This document shows positions 1 to 10,977 of a DNA stretch of 64,000 nucleotides, piece after piece. The stretch covers positions 416,001 through 480,000 of the forward strand of contig OZ242274.1 in assembly GCA_965207375.1 (NCBI GenBank). Direction: 5' to 3'. Position 1 is the stretch's first letter. Every line of letters starts with the position of its first letter. Position numbers and translations under genes: made by a program. The notes beneath the pieces were generated by a model. The model was not told the origin of the DNA. It saw only the letters and a list, made by a program, of their open reading frames with translations, and did no database searches. This stretch comes from Nitrosopumilaceae archaeon. Its GTDB lineage: Archaea > Thermoproteota > Nitrososphaeria > Nitrososphaerales > Nitrosopumilaceae.

Positions 1-531
1 ATCATCTCCTTTTTCTTTGGCATCAGTGAAACATCGATGCAGATGACGACCTTCAACCATCCTGATAGAAAAGTGAGTTGCATCAATTGGCATTAATCTA
101 TGAAATGAAGAGTTTTGTTTTCCGGTTTCTGGATTCTTTGCATAAACAATTGATGATGTGACAAAGGGTCCGGATTCTTTTTCAAAGTGCGTGACAATTG
201 GAAGCTTTGTTATATTTTTTGATTGATTTTGCATGAACTTTGCCTGTGATGTAATCTTTGGTTTTTTGGCACCGCGAATTGCCCTGACTATTTTTTGATG
301 AATATTGTCTTCAGTTGTTCCAATTGCCTGTGCAAGGCGCCTTCTTGTACCCACAAGATTGGCTACAAGATTAAATTTGCTTTCCTTAATGTTCTCAAAT
401 AATACAGCATACTTGCCGTCAGTTTTTGCAGTGATTGCTGCAATCTCATATTTTGTAGAGACAGATTTTTTTATGGTTTTAAGCTCCCTGCTTTTGCGGA
501 TTAACGAAATATAATTTCGAAGATCAGACAT
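1..531 (-). CDS. ubiD: UbiD-family (de)carboxylase, 5' part (runs off the window start)
   Basis: Manual translation from ATG at 531: MSDLRNYISLIRKSRELKTIKKSVSTKYEIAAIT...AVLFENIKESKFNLVANLVGTRRRLA...LPIVTHFEKESGPFVTSSIV...QNSSFHRLM, a typical UbiD N-terminus. Absent from the ORF track because it is truncated. Confidence 0.88.
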   Translation of the reverse strand, partial: MSDLRNYISLIRKSRELKTIKKSVSTKYEIAAITAKTDGKYAVLFENIKESKFNLVANLVGTRRRLAQAIGTTEDNIHQKIVRAIRGAKKPKITSQAKFMQNQSKNITKLPIVTHFEKESGPFVTSSIVYAKNPETGKQNSSFHRLMPIDATHFSIRMVEGRHLHRCFTDAKEKGDD

Positions 532-865
532 TACGTATCATCTCTGTAATTTCACTCATTATAGCCTTTGCAGCATTTATGTCAATTTCTTTTTGTACAC
601 TAACTGTAACTATGGCAATTCCTTGAACGGTGGAGCTAATTTTTTCTGCCGTCAATTTAATAAAAAGAGATTCGGTCTTAGCCGGAATCACAGTGGTAGT
701 TACAGGTCTTGGACCTGTTGCCAGTGAGACGACCATAGAGCCTATTTTCTCATTGCCTTCAGTAACAGATACAAAGTTTCCATTTTCGAACCTCAATACC
801 TGTACTACAAACCTTCGATTCTCCACATCAATTGTTTTTTTCAAAAACTCAGATGTGGGAGCCAT
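524..865 (-). CDS. Conserved thaumarchaeal protein, proteasome assembly chaperone (PAC4)-like
   Basis: About 113-aa ORF overlapping the ubiD start; beta-rich 'FENGNFVSVTEG...IGSMVVSL' pattern resembles PAC4-like proteins. Confidence 0.5.
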   Translation of the reverse strand: MAPTSEFLKKTIDVENRRFVVQVLRFENGNFVSVTEGNEKIGSMVVSLATGPRPVTTTVIPAKTESLFIKLTAEKISSTVQGIAIVTVSVQKEIDINAAKAIMSEITEMIRNV

Positions 866-882
866 AAGCATTAGAATTGCTT

Positions 883-1122
883 CTATGTTTTTATTGCTAC
901 TGCTTCTTCCTTTGAATCAGCCTCTACTCTTGCACGTAGTTTTGCTTTGTACTTCAAGTTTCGTGGTTTGGTTCGTAATCTGTATCCACAACATGGACAC
1001 CACAAACCTTCCCATTTAATGAAGATCTCACAAATTTGGCATCTTCTTTGGCCAGAAGCATATCTACCGGTTCCAACGGGTTTTTGAGCTTTGTATCTTG
1101 TGCAAATTCCTTTACATGTCAT
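883..1122 (-). CDS. Small Cys-rich zinc-finger protein, conserved in Thaumarchaeota
   Basis: CKGIC...CQIC...WCPCCGYRLRTKPR motif; TATA-like TTATATA upstream on the - strand. Confidence 0.8.
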   Translation of the reverse strand: MTCKGICTRYKAQKPVGTGRYASGQRRCQICEIFIKWEGLWCPCCGYRLRTKPRNLKYKAKLRARVEADSKEEAVAIKT

Positions 1123-1749
1123 ATCAAATCACTCTCTTGGTGACGTATGGAAAATATAACTATATAAGCATGGATCGATAATTTTCATAAAATTTTATTA
1201 AAATTCTTATAAATTTTACAAAAAAAAATCAAAATCAAAAAAAATTATTTTCAAAAAATGAACAAATGTTGTATAAATATCTATAGCTGTTTTTGATACC
1301 TAAACTGTTATAATTCGTGACTAGCCACATATAGTTCTTTGAACAATTTTTACACTTTTTTTCAAAAAAGTTAGAAAACATCCAACAAATGCCACCATAC
1401 AAGCGCAGATTTAGGCGACAAAATGCATGAATTAGAATTGTTGAATACACCTGCGTTTGCATGATTGTGTCAAGTCAAAATCAACTTGGTTTAAAAAAAG
1501 AATCCATATTCGCAGATGAGACTTGAATCAGATTTCGTATTATTTCTTGAAAGGTACACAAAAAGCATCTGAAACTTTGCACATTTAGGCAAAAACTGGC
1601 AAATCAAATAGTTTGGTTTCTGGAGTTTATTGAATACTGAATTATACCTAGCATGATTTCACTTGACTGCAAAGCATGATAGTCAATCTCAAGACTCATT
1701 TTATCGTCTAGGATTGCCTTTAATCAGGTGTTTGTCCTTGTGTAAAATT

Positions 1750-2412
1750 TTATCCCGTCATAGATAATGGCAAAATGTGTTTTGAGAACCCTTCTCGTTT
1801 TGAGATAAATTTTGCAGACAGCATGTCTCGCTTTCCTCTTTGGTTATGATTTTTGATTTTCAAGCTGGTGTGTCTCTCGTCTACAAAGTGTAGCTCAAAT
1901 GCAGAGCAATATCTCAAATTCAACATTGTTCCAATTTCACGCGCAATGTGCATTCTGCCATTTCCGATTTTAACCATTTTCCGCTCTGCTCTTAATCCGC
2001 CTAAAATTACAATCATGTGATTTACTAGTTCCTCAACAGATGAGTGGATAGAGCTCTCAATTTCTCGTCCATAATACGACACTGAAAGGCCTAGTCTTTT
2101 TCCGGGATCAACTCCCAAAACTAGATTGGAGGGTTCAAATCCATTATCTAGTTTTCTTATAAATACACCACGAATTACAGTAATATGCTGATCAAAAACA
2201 TCATCATAAATTATTGGAATTTTGCATCTTTGAGGAGTCTCCTCTGGCGTAGTCAGAATTACATTTCCTGTATATTGTGCAGTGTCGTCTGGCAAAATAG
2301 AGTCAAATGGAACGTCTAGTTGATTTAGAGCCTTGCAGAATTTAAAATAAGGTTTTCCATACGTGGTGGCAACCCCGATGCGAAAGAATCTCAGAGAGTC
2401 TATAATTTGCAA
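1750..2412 (-). CDS. Hypothetical protein with C-terminal RNase H-like (YqgF/RuvC-like) domain
   Basis: LVLGVDPGKRLG, VKIGNG, FVDERHTS and RDMLSA motifs. Confidence 0.6.
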   Translation of the reverse strand: MQIIDSLRFFRIGVATTYGKPYFKFCKALNQLDVPFDSILPDDTAQYTGNVILTTPEETPQRCKIPIIYDDVFDQHITVIRGVFIRKLDNGFEPSNLVLGVDPGKRLGLSVSYYGREIESSIHSSVEELVNHMIVILGGLRAERKMVKIGNGRMHIAREIGTMLNLRYCSAFELHFVDERHTSLKIKNHNQRGKRDMLSAKFISKREGFSKHILPLSMTG

Positions 2413-2434
2413 AGCACAACAATATGTTAAAGAA

Positions 2435-2794
2435 CTATGCCTTCAAAACAGTTGACACAACAATATCAATTGCTTCATCAAAACTAGCGTCAATCTTAGA
2501 TTGGGTCTCAGTCAAGGTTGCTTCTCCCTCCTGTGCAATTCTAGCAGCTTCTGTCTCAGCCTTGGATTTTGCTGCATTAATTATGGATTCGGCCTCCAGA
2601 GTGGCCATTTCTTTGACCTTATCTGCAAGTACGACTAGTTCTGACTGGGTCTTGGCACTGATATTTTTTTGAACTTCAGAAACACGTGAATTTAGCGAGT
2701 CAATGTCATCCTCTAGGGAGGATAACGCCTTTACAATGCCTGATACCTTGGATTCTGCTACGCTCATCTCTTGATCCAAAACCATTATTTCCAA
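2435..2794 (-). CDS. Coiled-coil protein, A/V-type ATPase subunit H/G-like
   Basis: Helical 'AESIINAAKSKAETEAARI...FDEAIDIVVSTVLK' resembles the archaeal peripheral stalk subunit H. Confidence 0.5.
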   Translation of the reverse strand: MEIMVLDQEMSVAESKVSGIVKALSSLEDDIDSLNSRVSEVQKNISAKTQSELVVLADKVKEMATLEAESIINAAKSKAETEAARIAQEGEATLTETQSKIDASFDEAIDIVVSTVLKA

Positions 2795-2805
2795 TAATTA
2801 AACCT

Positions 2806-3147
2806 TCAATCCGTACTTAATTGCAAGATTGCCTGGGCCAGATCGCCTTTTGTCTCAGTAAGGGCTGCAATTGCCTTTTCCCTATCTACCTTGGCCTTGA
2901 GGCATATCAGGTCAATATCCTCATCAGCGAAGATAGGAACCTCCAACTCCTTTTCCTCATAGTCATCAGCAGTTATTGTAAAAATTAAATTATTTTGTGC
3001 CTTCATTTCTGTAACAGAGGGCTTTGCAATTATGATCTCTTTTTTGTCCGTTTTGATAATGACTTCTTGAACATTGGGCATTTCTTGCATGTCAAGGCCC
3101 ATCTTGTCCATCATTCGTCGCATCTGTCGGTTGTTACCACGCATCAT
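2806..3147 (-). CDS. nac: Nascent polypeptide-associated complex protein (archaeal NAC)
   Basis: RQMRRMMDKMGLDM..VQEVIIKT NAC domain plus UBA-like 'DIDLIC..AKVDREKAIAALTETKGDLAQAIL'. Confidence 0.93.
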   Translation of the reverse strand: MMRGNNRQMRRMMDKMGLDMQEMPNVQEVIIKTDKKEIIIAKPSVTEMKAQNNLIFTITADDYEEKELEVPIFADEDIDLICLKAKVDREKAIAALTETKGDLAQAILQLSTD

Positions 3148-3620
3148 ACAGTGTTCTTATCTCCTGCCTGACTTTTTAAACTATCTCTAACTTTGACTGC
3201 CACGCCTCGCTCAAAATCAGCTATTTGTTCAGCAGATAGAGACGCCCTACCTACTGCTATGACTGTATCCTTGTACAGTACAGGAGTGTCTGCCAAAATC
3301 TTTACATTTTTGCCGCACCAAGTAACATGTTTTGCAAATACGGAATATCCCTGTTCAATAAAGGGTTTAGAGTCAGCTGTAACCTCAACACAGCTCTGCC
3401 TGAACCTGCGGCTTTTGAGCAATATCTGTGCAAAATATGGGGTAACTGCAAGACCTCCATCTATACGAAGTGTACAAAGTAGGTTATCACCAGAAAACAC
3501 ATTTTTGATTCGGCCTGTCTTTTTTGAAAATACAATCCGGACATCCTTTGGAAGTTTTTTTGAAACTCCAGAGCCAAATAGCGCATCAATTGTATGTCTG
3601 AGTTTTACTAGAGGATCCAA
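3144..3620 (-). CDS. Stand-alone PUA-domain protein (C-terminal part of archaeosine tRNA-guanine transglycosylase-like)
   Basis: SKKTGRIK, LRIDGGLAVT, GYSVFAKHV, AVGRA and GVAVKVR motifs. Confidence 0.85.
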   Translation of the reverse strand: MDPLVKLRHTIDALFGSGVSKKLPKDVRIVFSKKTGRIKNVFSGDNLLCTLRIDGGLAVTPYFAQILLKSRRFRQSCVEVTADSKPFIEQGYSVFAKHVTWCGKNVKILADTPVLYKDTVIAVGRASLSAEQIADFERGVAVKVRDSLKSQAGDKNTV

Positions 3621-3712
3621 TATTTTTGCAGGGAATTTTTCTATATATTAGTTCACGGTATAGTATGGTTAAAACGATCAAACTATATAGATCATCTCAT
3701 TTGCCATGTATT

Positions 3713-4759
3713 ATGGAAGAAAGAGAGGAAACAAGAAAAATTCAATTTACCGGAAAATCATCATATATAGTTTCATTGCCAAAACAATGGGTTATTGATT
3801 TAGGGTTACAGCAGGGGGATCAAATCAGAATGCAAAGACAGGGGTCTGCCGGACTGCACATATATCCGGTAAAGCATCAAGCCTCGCCAAAACAAAAAGA
3901 GGACGCAACCATAGAGATCAGAACAGACGAGTCAACATCAGCAGTTGTTAGAAAGCTAATCTCGCTTTATTTTTTGGGATTTAGAACAATCAATATCAGA
4001 CCAAAGGAGGGTAGACTCAATCCCCCACAAAGAACTGCCATAAAAAATGCCGTAAAAAGGATGCTTATGGGATCTGAAATAATTTCAGATTCCACAAGTG
4101 GAATTACAATTCAGGTTTTAGTGAATCTTTTAGAGCTCTCAATTGATGGTGCCTTTAAGAGAATGATCCACCTAGCAAAGTCAATGTTGAGTGATGCCAT
4201 ACTTTCACTCAAAGAAGAAAATCTAGATTTGGCAGAAGAGGTGATCAATACCGATGACGAGGTTGATAGATTCGGATTCTACATAATCAGACAGATCAAG
4301 ATTGCCATTCAAAATGAACACATGTTAGAAGAGATGGGCTTAGACAGTACAAGAAATTGTCTTGGATACAGAGTGGTGGTAAAAAATATTGAAAGGACCG
4401 GAGACCATGCAGCGTTTATAGCAAAGGATTTGCTTGAATTCAAAAAAGGCATCAAACAAGGAATCTTGAGTAAAATTGAAGATATGAATAACTTTTCAAT
4501 CGAGGTTTTAGATGATGCATGTCTGGCATTATTCAAAGAGGATCATGCAGAGGCTGAAAAAACAATCAACAAAACTCTTGACATTACAAAATATGAAAAA
4601 AAAATTCTAGATTCCTGCAAGAATCTCAAAGACGAAGAGGTGCTATTCAGGGTTAGAAGAATGACTGAAAATATCAAGAGAATTGCAGAGTATGCAAGCG
4701 ATATTGCAGAAATTGTGCTCAATCTTAATATTGAAAAGGCACTCTTAAAGAAAGCCTAA
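3713..4759 (+). CDS. phoU: Phosphate uptake regulator PhoU with N-terminal AbrB/SpoVT domain
   Basis: ETRKIQFTGKSSYIVSLPKQW (AbrB); DDEVDRF, NIERTGDHA and RIAEYASDIAE (PhoU repeats). Confidence 0.92.
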   Translation: MEEREETRKIQFTGKSSYIVSLPKQWVIDLGLQQGDQIRMQRQGSAGLHIYPVKHQASPKQKEDATIEIRTDESTSAVVRKLISLYFLGFRTINIRPKEGRLNPPQRTAIKNAVKRMLMGSEIISDSTSGITIQVLVNLLELSIDGAFKRMIHLAKSMLSDAILSLKEENLDLAEEVINTDDEVDRFGFYIIRQIKIAIQNEHMLEEMGLDSTRNCLGYRVVVKNIERTGDHAAFIAKDLLEFKKGIKQGILSKIEDMNNFSIEVLDDACLALFKEDHAEAEKTINKTLDITKYEKKILDSCKNLKDEEVLFRVRRMTENIKRIAEYASDIAEIVLNLNIEKALLKKA

Positions 4760-4769
4760 TTATTGCAAA

Positions 4770-5402
4770 ATGGCAAGATGTAAAATTATGACATTGATGA
4801 ATAGTAGGGATTTTTCAGATTGGGATACATTTTACAGAAAAAACGACTATAAGACTATGCCTTGGTTTTTGGCAGAATTAGACAGAGATCTCAAAGATGC
4901 AATGGATAAGATGGGCATAAAAAACGGGAATTTTCTTGATTTAGGAACAGGGCCTGGAACTCAGGCAGTACAGCTGCAAAAGATGGGATTTGATGCAACA
5001 GGCTCTGATATTTCAGAATCGGCAATACAGGGGGCAAGGCAGTTAGGAGATGCAACATTTGTTGTAGATGATATTTTGAATTCAAAATTGTCTGAAAATA
5101 ACTTTGACTATATTTTAGACAGAGGATGCTTTCATGTCTTTGATTCAAAAAAACATGTAGAATATATCAAAAATATTAAAAAAATTCAAAGACAGGAAGG
5201 ATATCTTTTCTTAAAATGTATGAGTGTAAAGGAGACAGATCTGGCACAGGACCGAGGTCCGTACAGATATTCGCACAAGCAAATCGAAAATATATTTTCT
5301 GATGATTATGAGATTTTAGAGTTTAAAGATACCGTATATTATGGAACAATCAGGCCACAGCCAAAGGCAATATTTTTTGTAATGAGAAAAAACAGATTAT
5401 GA
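4770..5402 (+). CDS. Class I SAM-dependent methyltransferase
   Basis: FLDLGTGPG motif I; [11 protein letters not shown]. Confidence 0.88.
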   Translation: MARCKIMTLMNSRDFSDWDTFYRKNDYKTMPWFLAELDRDLKDAMDKMGIKNGNFLDLGTGPGTQAVQLQKMGFDATGSDISESAIQGARQLGDATFVVDDILNSKLSENNFDYILDRGCFHVFDSKKHVEYIKNIKKIQRQEGYLFLKCMSVKETDLAQDRGPYRYSHKQIENIFSDDYEILEFKDTVYYGTIRPQPKAIFFVMRKNRL

Positions 5403-6499
5403 ACTCTGCAATTTTAATCACATACAATAAGGATGATGCCATAGATGAGGCAACTGCGCTTTGTGATGCGGCAGGGTACAGGGTGGATCACATTATCAAA
5501 CAAGATTACCTACAACGCCCAAAATACGGAATAAGTGAGGAGATAATTGACAGGCTAGAAAAGACTGCCCAGAAAATTAAACCAGACGTTATTGTCTACG
5601 ACGAAGTGCTAAAACCTAGTCAGAACTACAATTTAGCATCAAAGCTTCACAGAAATATTTTAGATCGCGAGTCTTTGATTTTGGAGATTTTTGAAAGCCG
5701 CGCCTCAAGCAAAGAGTCAAAGCTGCAGGTAAAGCTAGGGCAGATGCGATACGAAATATCTAGGGCTCGAGAAAAGGTGCGACTATCAAAGATGGGCGAA
5801 CAGCCAGGGTTTATGGGAATAGGAAAATTTGAGGCAGATGCATATGCAGACGACATCAAGCACAGGATGCAGACTGTGCAAAAAAAACTCGCAAAGGCAG
5901 GAAAGCAAAGGGAGCTTCACAGAGAGTCAAGAAGAAAGCAGGGATTCAAGATAATCTCGCTTGCAGGATACACATCTGCGGGAAAAACCACGCTGTTTAA
6001 CGCAATTACAGGAGAACAAAGGCGGCAATCAGCAGAGCTGTTCACCACACTTTCAACGACAATAAGGCGACTAGAGGTCAAAGATGATGTGTTTTTGGTA
6101 TCAGATACGGTAGGCTTTATCAGCAAACTTCCGGCATATCTGATTGATGCGTTCAAATCAACACTAGAGGAGTTGCTGTATTCAGATGTCATAATTACAG
6201 TAGTGGATATCAATGATGAATCAACCCAGCTGCAAAAGAAGATTAAAAGTTGCAACAAAACCCTAAACGAGCTAGGAGTAGAACAGGACAGAATAATTTA
6301 CGCATTAAATAAAAGTGATCTTACGACAAAGGCAGAGATTGCCTCTAAAATGAAATATTTAGGATTAGATGAGACCAAAAAATGTATATCTATTTCTGCA
6401 CAGACACGGCACAATTTGGACGGACTGAAAACTCTAGTCAGCGATGTCATACACAGTCAAGATCCAAACATAGTTACAAATAAGAAATACAGAGGGTGA
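5399..6499 (+). CDS. hflX: GTPase HflX
   Basis: [23 protein letters not shown] and NKSD G-motifs; [16 protein letters not shown]. Confidence 0.95.
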   Translation: MNSAILITYNKDDAIDEATALCDAAGYRVDHIIKQDYLQRPKYGISEEIIDRLEKTAQKIKPDVIVYDEVLKPSQNYNLASKLHRNILDRESLILEIFESRASSKESKLQVKLGQMRYEISRAREKVRLSKMGEQPGFMGIGKFEADAYADDIKHRMQTVQKKLAKAGKQRELHRESRRKQGFKIISLAGYTSAGKTTLFNAITGEQRRQSAELFTTLSTTIRRLEVKDDVFLVSDTVGFISKLPAYLIDAFKSTLEELLYSDVIITVVDINDESTQLQKKIKSCNKTLNELGVEQDRIIYALNKSDLTTKAEIASKMKYLGLDETKKCISISAQTRHNLDGLKTLVSDVIHSQDPNIVTNKKYRG

Positions 6500-7032
6500 G
6501 GAGGCTCATGGAAATTGAGGTTTTAAGAATTGGACAGCGAGTGGTAAGAGATGACAGGGTAACTACACATGTCGCACTAGTTGCAAGGGCATTTTGTGCA
6601 GCACGAATCTATATGGATGAGATTAATCCAGAAATTAAAGATACGATAAAAAAAATTAACAAAACCTGGGGAGGATATTTTGAAATTGTTATGATTGATA
6701 ATTGGAAAAGTACATTAAAAGAAAAAATCAGACAGGGCTTTGTTGTGGTACATCTTACAATGTATGGCCAGCTAGTGCACAAAGTAAGCAAAAAGATTTC
6801 TCAGGAGAAAAAAATCCTAGTGGTTGTAGGCGCACAAAAGGTGCCAAGAGAGGTCTACGAATTATCAAGGTATAATGTGGCAGTTGCAAGTCAGCCACAT
6901 TCAGAGATTAGCGCACTAGCAGTATTGTTAGATCGGATTCAGGACGGAAAACAGTTTGAAAAGAAATTTGTCAATGCAAAACAAAGCATTGTTCCTACAA
7001 ACCAAGGCAAGCAGGTAAAAACAATGCAATAG
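6496..7032 (+). CDS. tRNA (cytidine(56)-2'-O)-methyltransferase aTrm56
   Basis: [23 protein letters not shown] and [15 protein letters not shown] motifs. Confidence 0.93.
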   Translation: MRRLMEIEVLRIGQRVVRDDRVTTHVALVARAFCAARIYMDEINPEIKDTIKKINKTWGGYFEIVMIDNWKSTLKEKIRQGFVVVHLTMYGQLVHKVSKKISQEKKILVVVGAQKVPREVYELSRYNVAVASQPHSEISALAVLLDRIQDGKQFEKKFVNAKQSIVPTNQGKQVKTMQ

Positions 7033-7282
7033 ATGCTATTAGTGCCTACAGAAATTGCAAGGCTTGTACCCTACAAATCTGTATAATCGAGGTCCAAGAT
7101 GACCCTACCATCCTGTCATGATTGAAGCAAAAAAGCCTATGCAAAAATACGAGTTAGCTCCAAAGGCAGGGCGGATTTGCTGTACATTTGTATACAGTGC
7201 CAAGTAGTTTGTGCCAGTCATGCGGTGATTTTTGCGATAAATGAAAAAAGGGATTAATACGGGAGCCAGGCAAGAAAAACAG

Positions 7283-7798
7283 TTGGTTGACAAGTACGAA
7301 GATCCTTTTGTAAGAATTTCTGCCATGATAGGCGGCGATGAATATCTCAAGGTTGCAAGATCCCTGCTAAAGGCAGAAGATGCAACAGATGAGGAGATTG
7401 CAAGCTCCACAGGACTGAGAATCAATATGGTAAGAAAGGTTCTCTATGATCTTTTTGGAAAATCATTGATTACCGGAATCAGAGTAAAGGATGAAAGAAA
7501 GGGGTGGTTTGTCTACAGATGGAGAACTAGAAGGGAGGAGGTTGAGAACTTTATTGAAAATCAAAAGAAAAAGATCACAGAAAGATTGCAACAAAGGCTA
7601 GACTATGAGGAATCTTCGGATTTTTATCATTGCGGTAACGAGGATTGCTCTAGAGTCACATTTGAGACTGCACTAGATGACATGTTCAAGTGTGGATCCT
7701 GTGGAAAGGTGGTCAATCTCAAAAAGAATGACAAATCAAAAAAGGCATACCAAAAAAAAATTGATGAGATCAAAAAAGACATGCAGCAGATATTTTAG
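7283..7798 (+). CDS. tfe: Transcription factor E (TFE alpha)
   Basis: TDEEIASSTGLRINMVRKVLYDL wHTH, GWFVYRW, Zn ribbon CGNEDC...CGSCG; probable TTG start at 7283. Confidence 0.93.
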   Translation: MVDKYEDPFVRISAMIGGDEYLKVARSLLKAEDATDEEIASSTGLRINMVRKVLYDLFGKSLITGIRVKDERKGWFVYRWRTRREEVENFIENQKKKITERLQQRLDYEESSDFYHCGNEDCSRVTFETALDDMFKCGSCGKVVNLKKNDKSKKAYQKKIDEIKKDMQQIF

Positions 7799-8222
7799 TT
7801 ATTTTGAGGTGTGTTTTTCCAAATTATCTGCTAGAGTTTCATAGTGTTGACGAGATTTACCAATTTCTTTGTAACATTCCCACTTTCTAAAGTTCCTTAT
7901 ATAGTCAGGCAGTAAAGCATAAGGATCACCACTATCAGCATAAAATATGCTGCCAGGATTTGATCTTGAGGGAATAGATTGGAAGAATCCCGATGTCAAC
8001 AGGCTTTTCGAGGTTCTTACTGAAAAATTTGATCAAATGGATAAACAAATTAAAGATCTACAAAAAGACAATCATCTAAAAGATGTAAAAAGTGAACAAG
8101 TGATTGCAGAAAATAAACAGCTAAAAGAAGAAATGGTTCAACTAAAAAAACTCATAGCAAAGCTGTAAAAGAAAAAAACAAGATCCAGTCATGTCAGTAG
8201 CTATAACACCAGAGAGTACAAG

Positions 8223-9304
8223 AGAGGTGATCCGTAATTATTTTTTATGCGTGCCTACTGCCATCCAGATGCCCTGTTTCAGTCAGGCCATCTGATTCAA
8301 CCGCCACAATATGCTACGGTTTACCAAACCGCACACAATATCGTTGATCCGGTCGTATTTTATGAGTGGATTCCTGTATACATTTCCCATAATACGCCAT
8401 GTTTTGACCCTGCGTATTGCATGTTCTACGTATACGCGAATCTTTGAGTGGATTTTGTTGTATTCTTTTTGCTCTTCTGTGAGCTTTGCACCCTTTTTCT
8501 TTTTGATTGGAGTGCACAGTATCCCTCCGGGAACCTCAGGTGCCCCTTGGTATCCTCTGTCTGCATATATGGTGACCTGTGCTTCATCAGGTATTTTCTC
8601 TGGAAATGTTGGAGGTTTTTTCTTGTATACTGTAACGTCATGTACTTTTCCTGGCGAATGACGTGTCTTGTGCACGATTAGTCCATGCGTGTTAGTCGTA
8701 TATTGTATCTTAGAGGTGTGTTCTCCTGCCTTGCCAAAATAGTGGGACTTTTCCATGTCCTTGCGTCCTGGTCTTTGTATTTTCTGTTCTGAGGCATCAA
8801 CAAAACATCTGAGACCTGGAAGAATCTCTTCTAATTCCTCAATGGAGGAAATTCTCTTCATCTGGTCGTGTATCTTGGTAGGTATTGGAATGCATAGTTT
8901 TAGGATGGGCTCTATATGTGTAATAGAGCGCGATACAGAGGCCTGTCCTATTCCAAACATGACTGCTGCTACATCCTGTGTACAGTATGTACGATAGTAA
9001 AACAAAAGTAGCATCACCTGGTCTCGTACATTTAATGCGAATCTGCGGCCTGCACCTATTGCGCGCACTCTGTTTTCTCTAGAGAGTCTCTTTTTTTCTG
9101 CTCTTGGATACTTTTTTTCCACCTTAGATACTAACAAATCAAATTCTTTGGCAGACATGCCTGTTATGGCACGAAATCTTCTGGTATTTTTTACCAGTTT
9201 TTCATAGGACATCATGAGTTGTGGTAGATTCGGGTGATATTTGGATCTTTTTGGTATTGCTAGGCGTGAAATTTAGGGAAATTGGCTAATTACGAATCAC
9301 CTCT
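8223..9304 (-). mobile_element. IS5-family insertion sequence (ISL2-like), apparently intact
   Basis: 18-bp terminal inverted repeats AGAGGTGATCCGTAATTA / AGAGGTGATTCGTAATTA (17/18), flanked by the direct repeat AAG (8220-8222 and 9305-9307). Confidence 0.92.
8283..9215 (-). CDS. IS5-family DDE transposase
   Basis: HTH_Tnp_4-like N-terminus (FRAITGM...FGIGQASVSR); FVDASEQKIQRP, YADRGYQG and RVYVEHAIRRVKTW. Confidence 0.93.
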   Translation of the reverse strand: MMSYEKLVKNTRRFRAITGMSAKEFDLLVSKVEKKYPRAEKKRLSRENRVRAIGAGRRFALNVRDQVMLLLFYYRTYCTQDVAAVMFGIGQASVSRSITHIEPILKLCIPIPTKIHDQMKRISSIEELEEILPGLRCFVDASEQKIQRPGRKDMEKSHYFGKAGEHTSKIQYTTNTHGLIVHKTRHSPGKVHDVTVYKKKPPTFPEKIPDEAQVTIYADRGYQGAPEVPGGILCTPIKKKKGAKLTEEQKEYNKIHSKIRVYVEHAIRRVKTWRIMGNVYRNPLIKYDRINDIVCGLVNRSILWRLNQMA

Positions 9305-10649
9305 AAGGGATACCCAAAGATCAAAAAACAAAAGACACAGCCAAAATATACACAGCAAGAATCTGAGACTAACAATCTAACCATAGATCACAAGTTTTGT
9401 CCACAATGTGGTAATGCTCTTGCAGATTCATCAAGCAAATACACCAGAAACGGTGAATCAATAATAGACGGCAAATGGTCTAACGTCAATATGACCATTG
9501 TAGGCAGATACTGCAAAAAATGTGCACAAATGCAATATGCAAAACCTGTTGACTTTTTGTCCAATGAAAAATTTAGCATCACTATAATGGCAAGAATTTC
9601 TACAATGAGACACCTGACTATATCGTATGGCAAAATACAGAAACTCTTGCAGATGTTTTACGGCAAAAATATGGCAATCTCTACACTAGAAAGACTTGAT
9701 GCGCAAGCCTCAAAATGCCTAGAACCGCTCTACTATTCGCTTCTTGATGAAATTACCAAGGCAAAAATCGTAGGAGGTGATGAAACAGGATGGTATCTAA
9801 ACGGCAAACTATGCTGGGCATGGGTGTTTCATTCGATATACACGGTAGTATATCACATCTCACAATCTAGAAGCAAAATGGTATCTGAGACGTTTCTAAA
9901 GGATTTTGAGGGCATACTAATGGGTGACTCTCATCCTGGATGGAGTGTTGCAGACATACTTCAAAAATGCCTGCTACACTATTTCAGGGACATGTACAGA
10001 ACGCTTGAAAAAAATGACAAAAAAGAATTTCAGAGCTTCTTTGATGAACTATACAAGATACTAAAATCTGCAATAAAGCTTGGCAAAAAACATGACACAG
10101 TACAGGACATTGCAAAGGGCAGTATAACCAAACTGCAAAAAAGAATCAATGCACTTGCTACAGGAACATATGAGGATGAAGATTGTCTCAGATATGTAAA
10201 GCGACTAAAGCGTGAGGGTAACTCTTTGCTAACATTTCTAAAATATGATGGTGTGCCGTACCACAACAACGCAAGCGAGCAGGCAATGCGCATATTTGCC
10301 ATAATGCGAAAAGTATTCTACGGTAGTCGCTCAGAGAAAGGCCTCAAAACCACAGAGATACGTCAAAGCATATTTGCCACATGTGAAAGGCGCGATGTAA
10401 ATCCGTATCATTTCGTCAAGGAATATCTGCGTGGCAATATCAAAGAAATCCCCATGCCAAAAGTCACAGTTGCTGCATGATATAATCAAATGTACAGTGT
10501 ATAATACACAAAATTTGATGCTGTATGATCATTTCTATAGTCTGGATATGTTCTGTGCCGGTTCATTGTCGTAAACTGCACTAGGGTTTTGCATGCAGTC
10601 TCATGGATCATCTAAAAACCAGAGTAACTTCAGAAGGTCGATCTGTTAC

Positions 10650-10977
10650 AAAAGAACACGTAACCTTGTCAAAAGGTATGCCAATGATGAAATTGTGGGT
10701 AAATTTGTAGCAAAACTGTCACGGGCCATACCTGACATGTTCCGGTTTGTCATAGACCCTCGTATACCATCTACAAGCAATCTTGCAGAGCAGAGCCTGC
10801 GTGAGTATGTTGTGTGCAGGAGAATACGTGGATGTCTCAGATCTGAAAAAAGTATGGAGCGTAGAGGCAATCTGTATACGTGTGTTACTACCTGGAAGAA
10901 TCTGGGACAGGATTATCTAGCAGAGCTGGTTCGGTACATTTAGGGCCAAAAATGCTCAAAAATAGGTGAACAAGTAC
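10650..10977 (+). pseudogene. C-terminal remnant of a second IS66-family transposase with probable right end
   Basis: IPSTSNLAEQSLREYVVCRRIRGCLRSEKS...TCVTTWK (IS66 C-terminus), stop at 10943, followed by ...GGTGAACAAGTAC. Confidence 0.75.

Larger units (their letters stand above)
7947..10480 (+). pseudogene. IS66-family transposase, broken by an in-frame TAA (8166) and an IS5 insertion
   Basis: N-terminal coiled coil (7947-8168); the frame continues across the excised IS5 into CPQCGNAL/CKKC Zn-finger, GDETGW, QKCLLHYFR and HNNASEQAMR...GSRSEKG (IS66 DDE motifs). Confidence 0.85.
7871..10649 (+). mobile_element. IS66-family element (defective), interrupted by an IS5-family element
   Basis: Left end GTAACATTCCCACTTTCT (7871); reverse complement of right end GTAACAGATCGACCTTCT (ends 10649); 13/18 match with the GTAA terminus typical of IS66. 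No 8-bp target duplication found. Confidence 0.6.

Noticed and set aside
1235-1462. 75-aa ORF with CKNC
   Set aside because: Low-complexity AT-rich sequence with a TTG start and no recognisable family; probably spurious
7033-7282. Spacer between the aTrm56 gene and tfe as an ncRNA or ORF
   Set aside because: No clear structure or coding signal beyond the likely tfe promoter
8166-8180. Programmed frameshift in the IS66 transposase at the A-rich run
   Set aside because: Downstream coding sequence is in the same frame as upstream, so a simple nonsense mutation explains the stop
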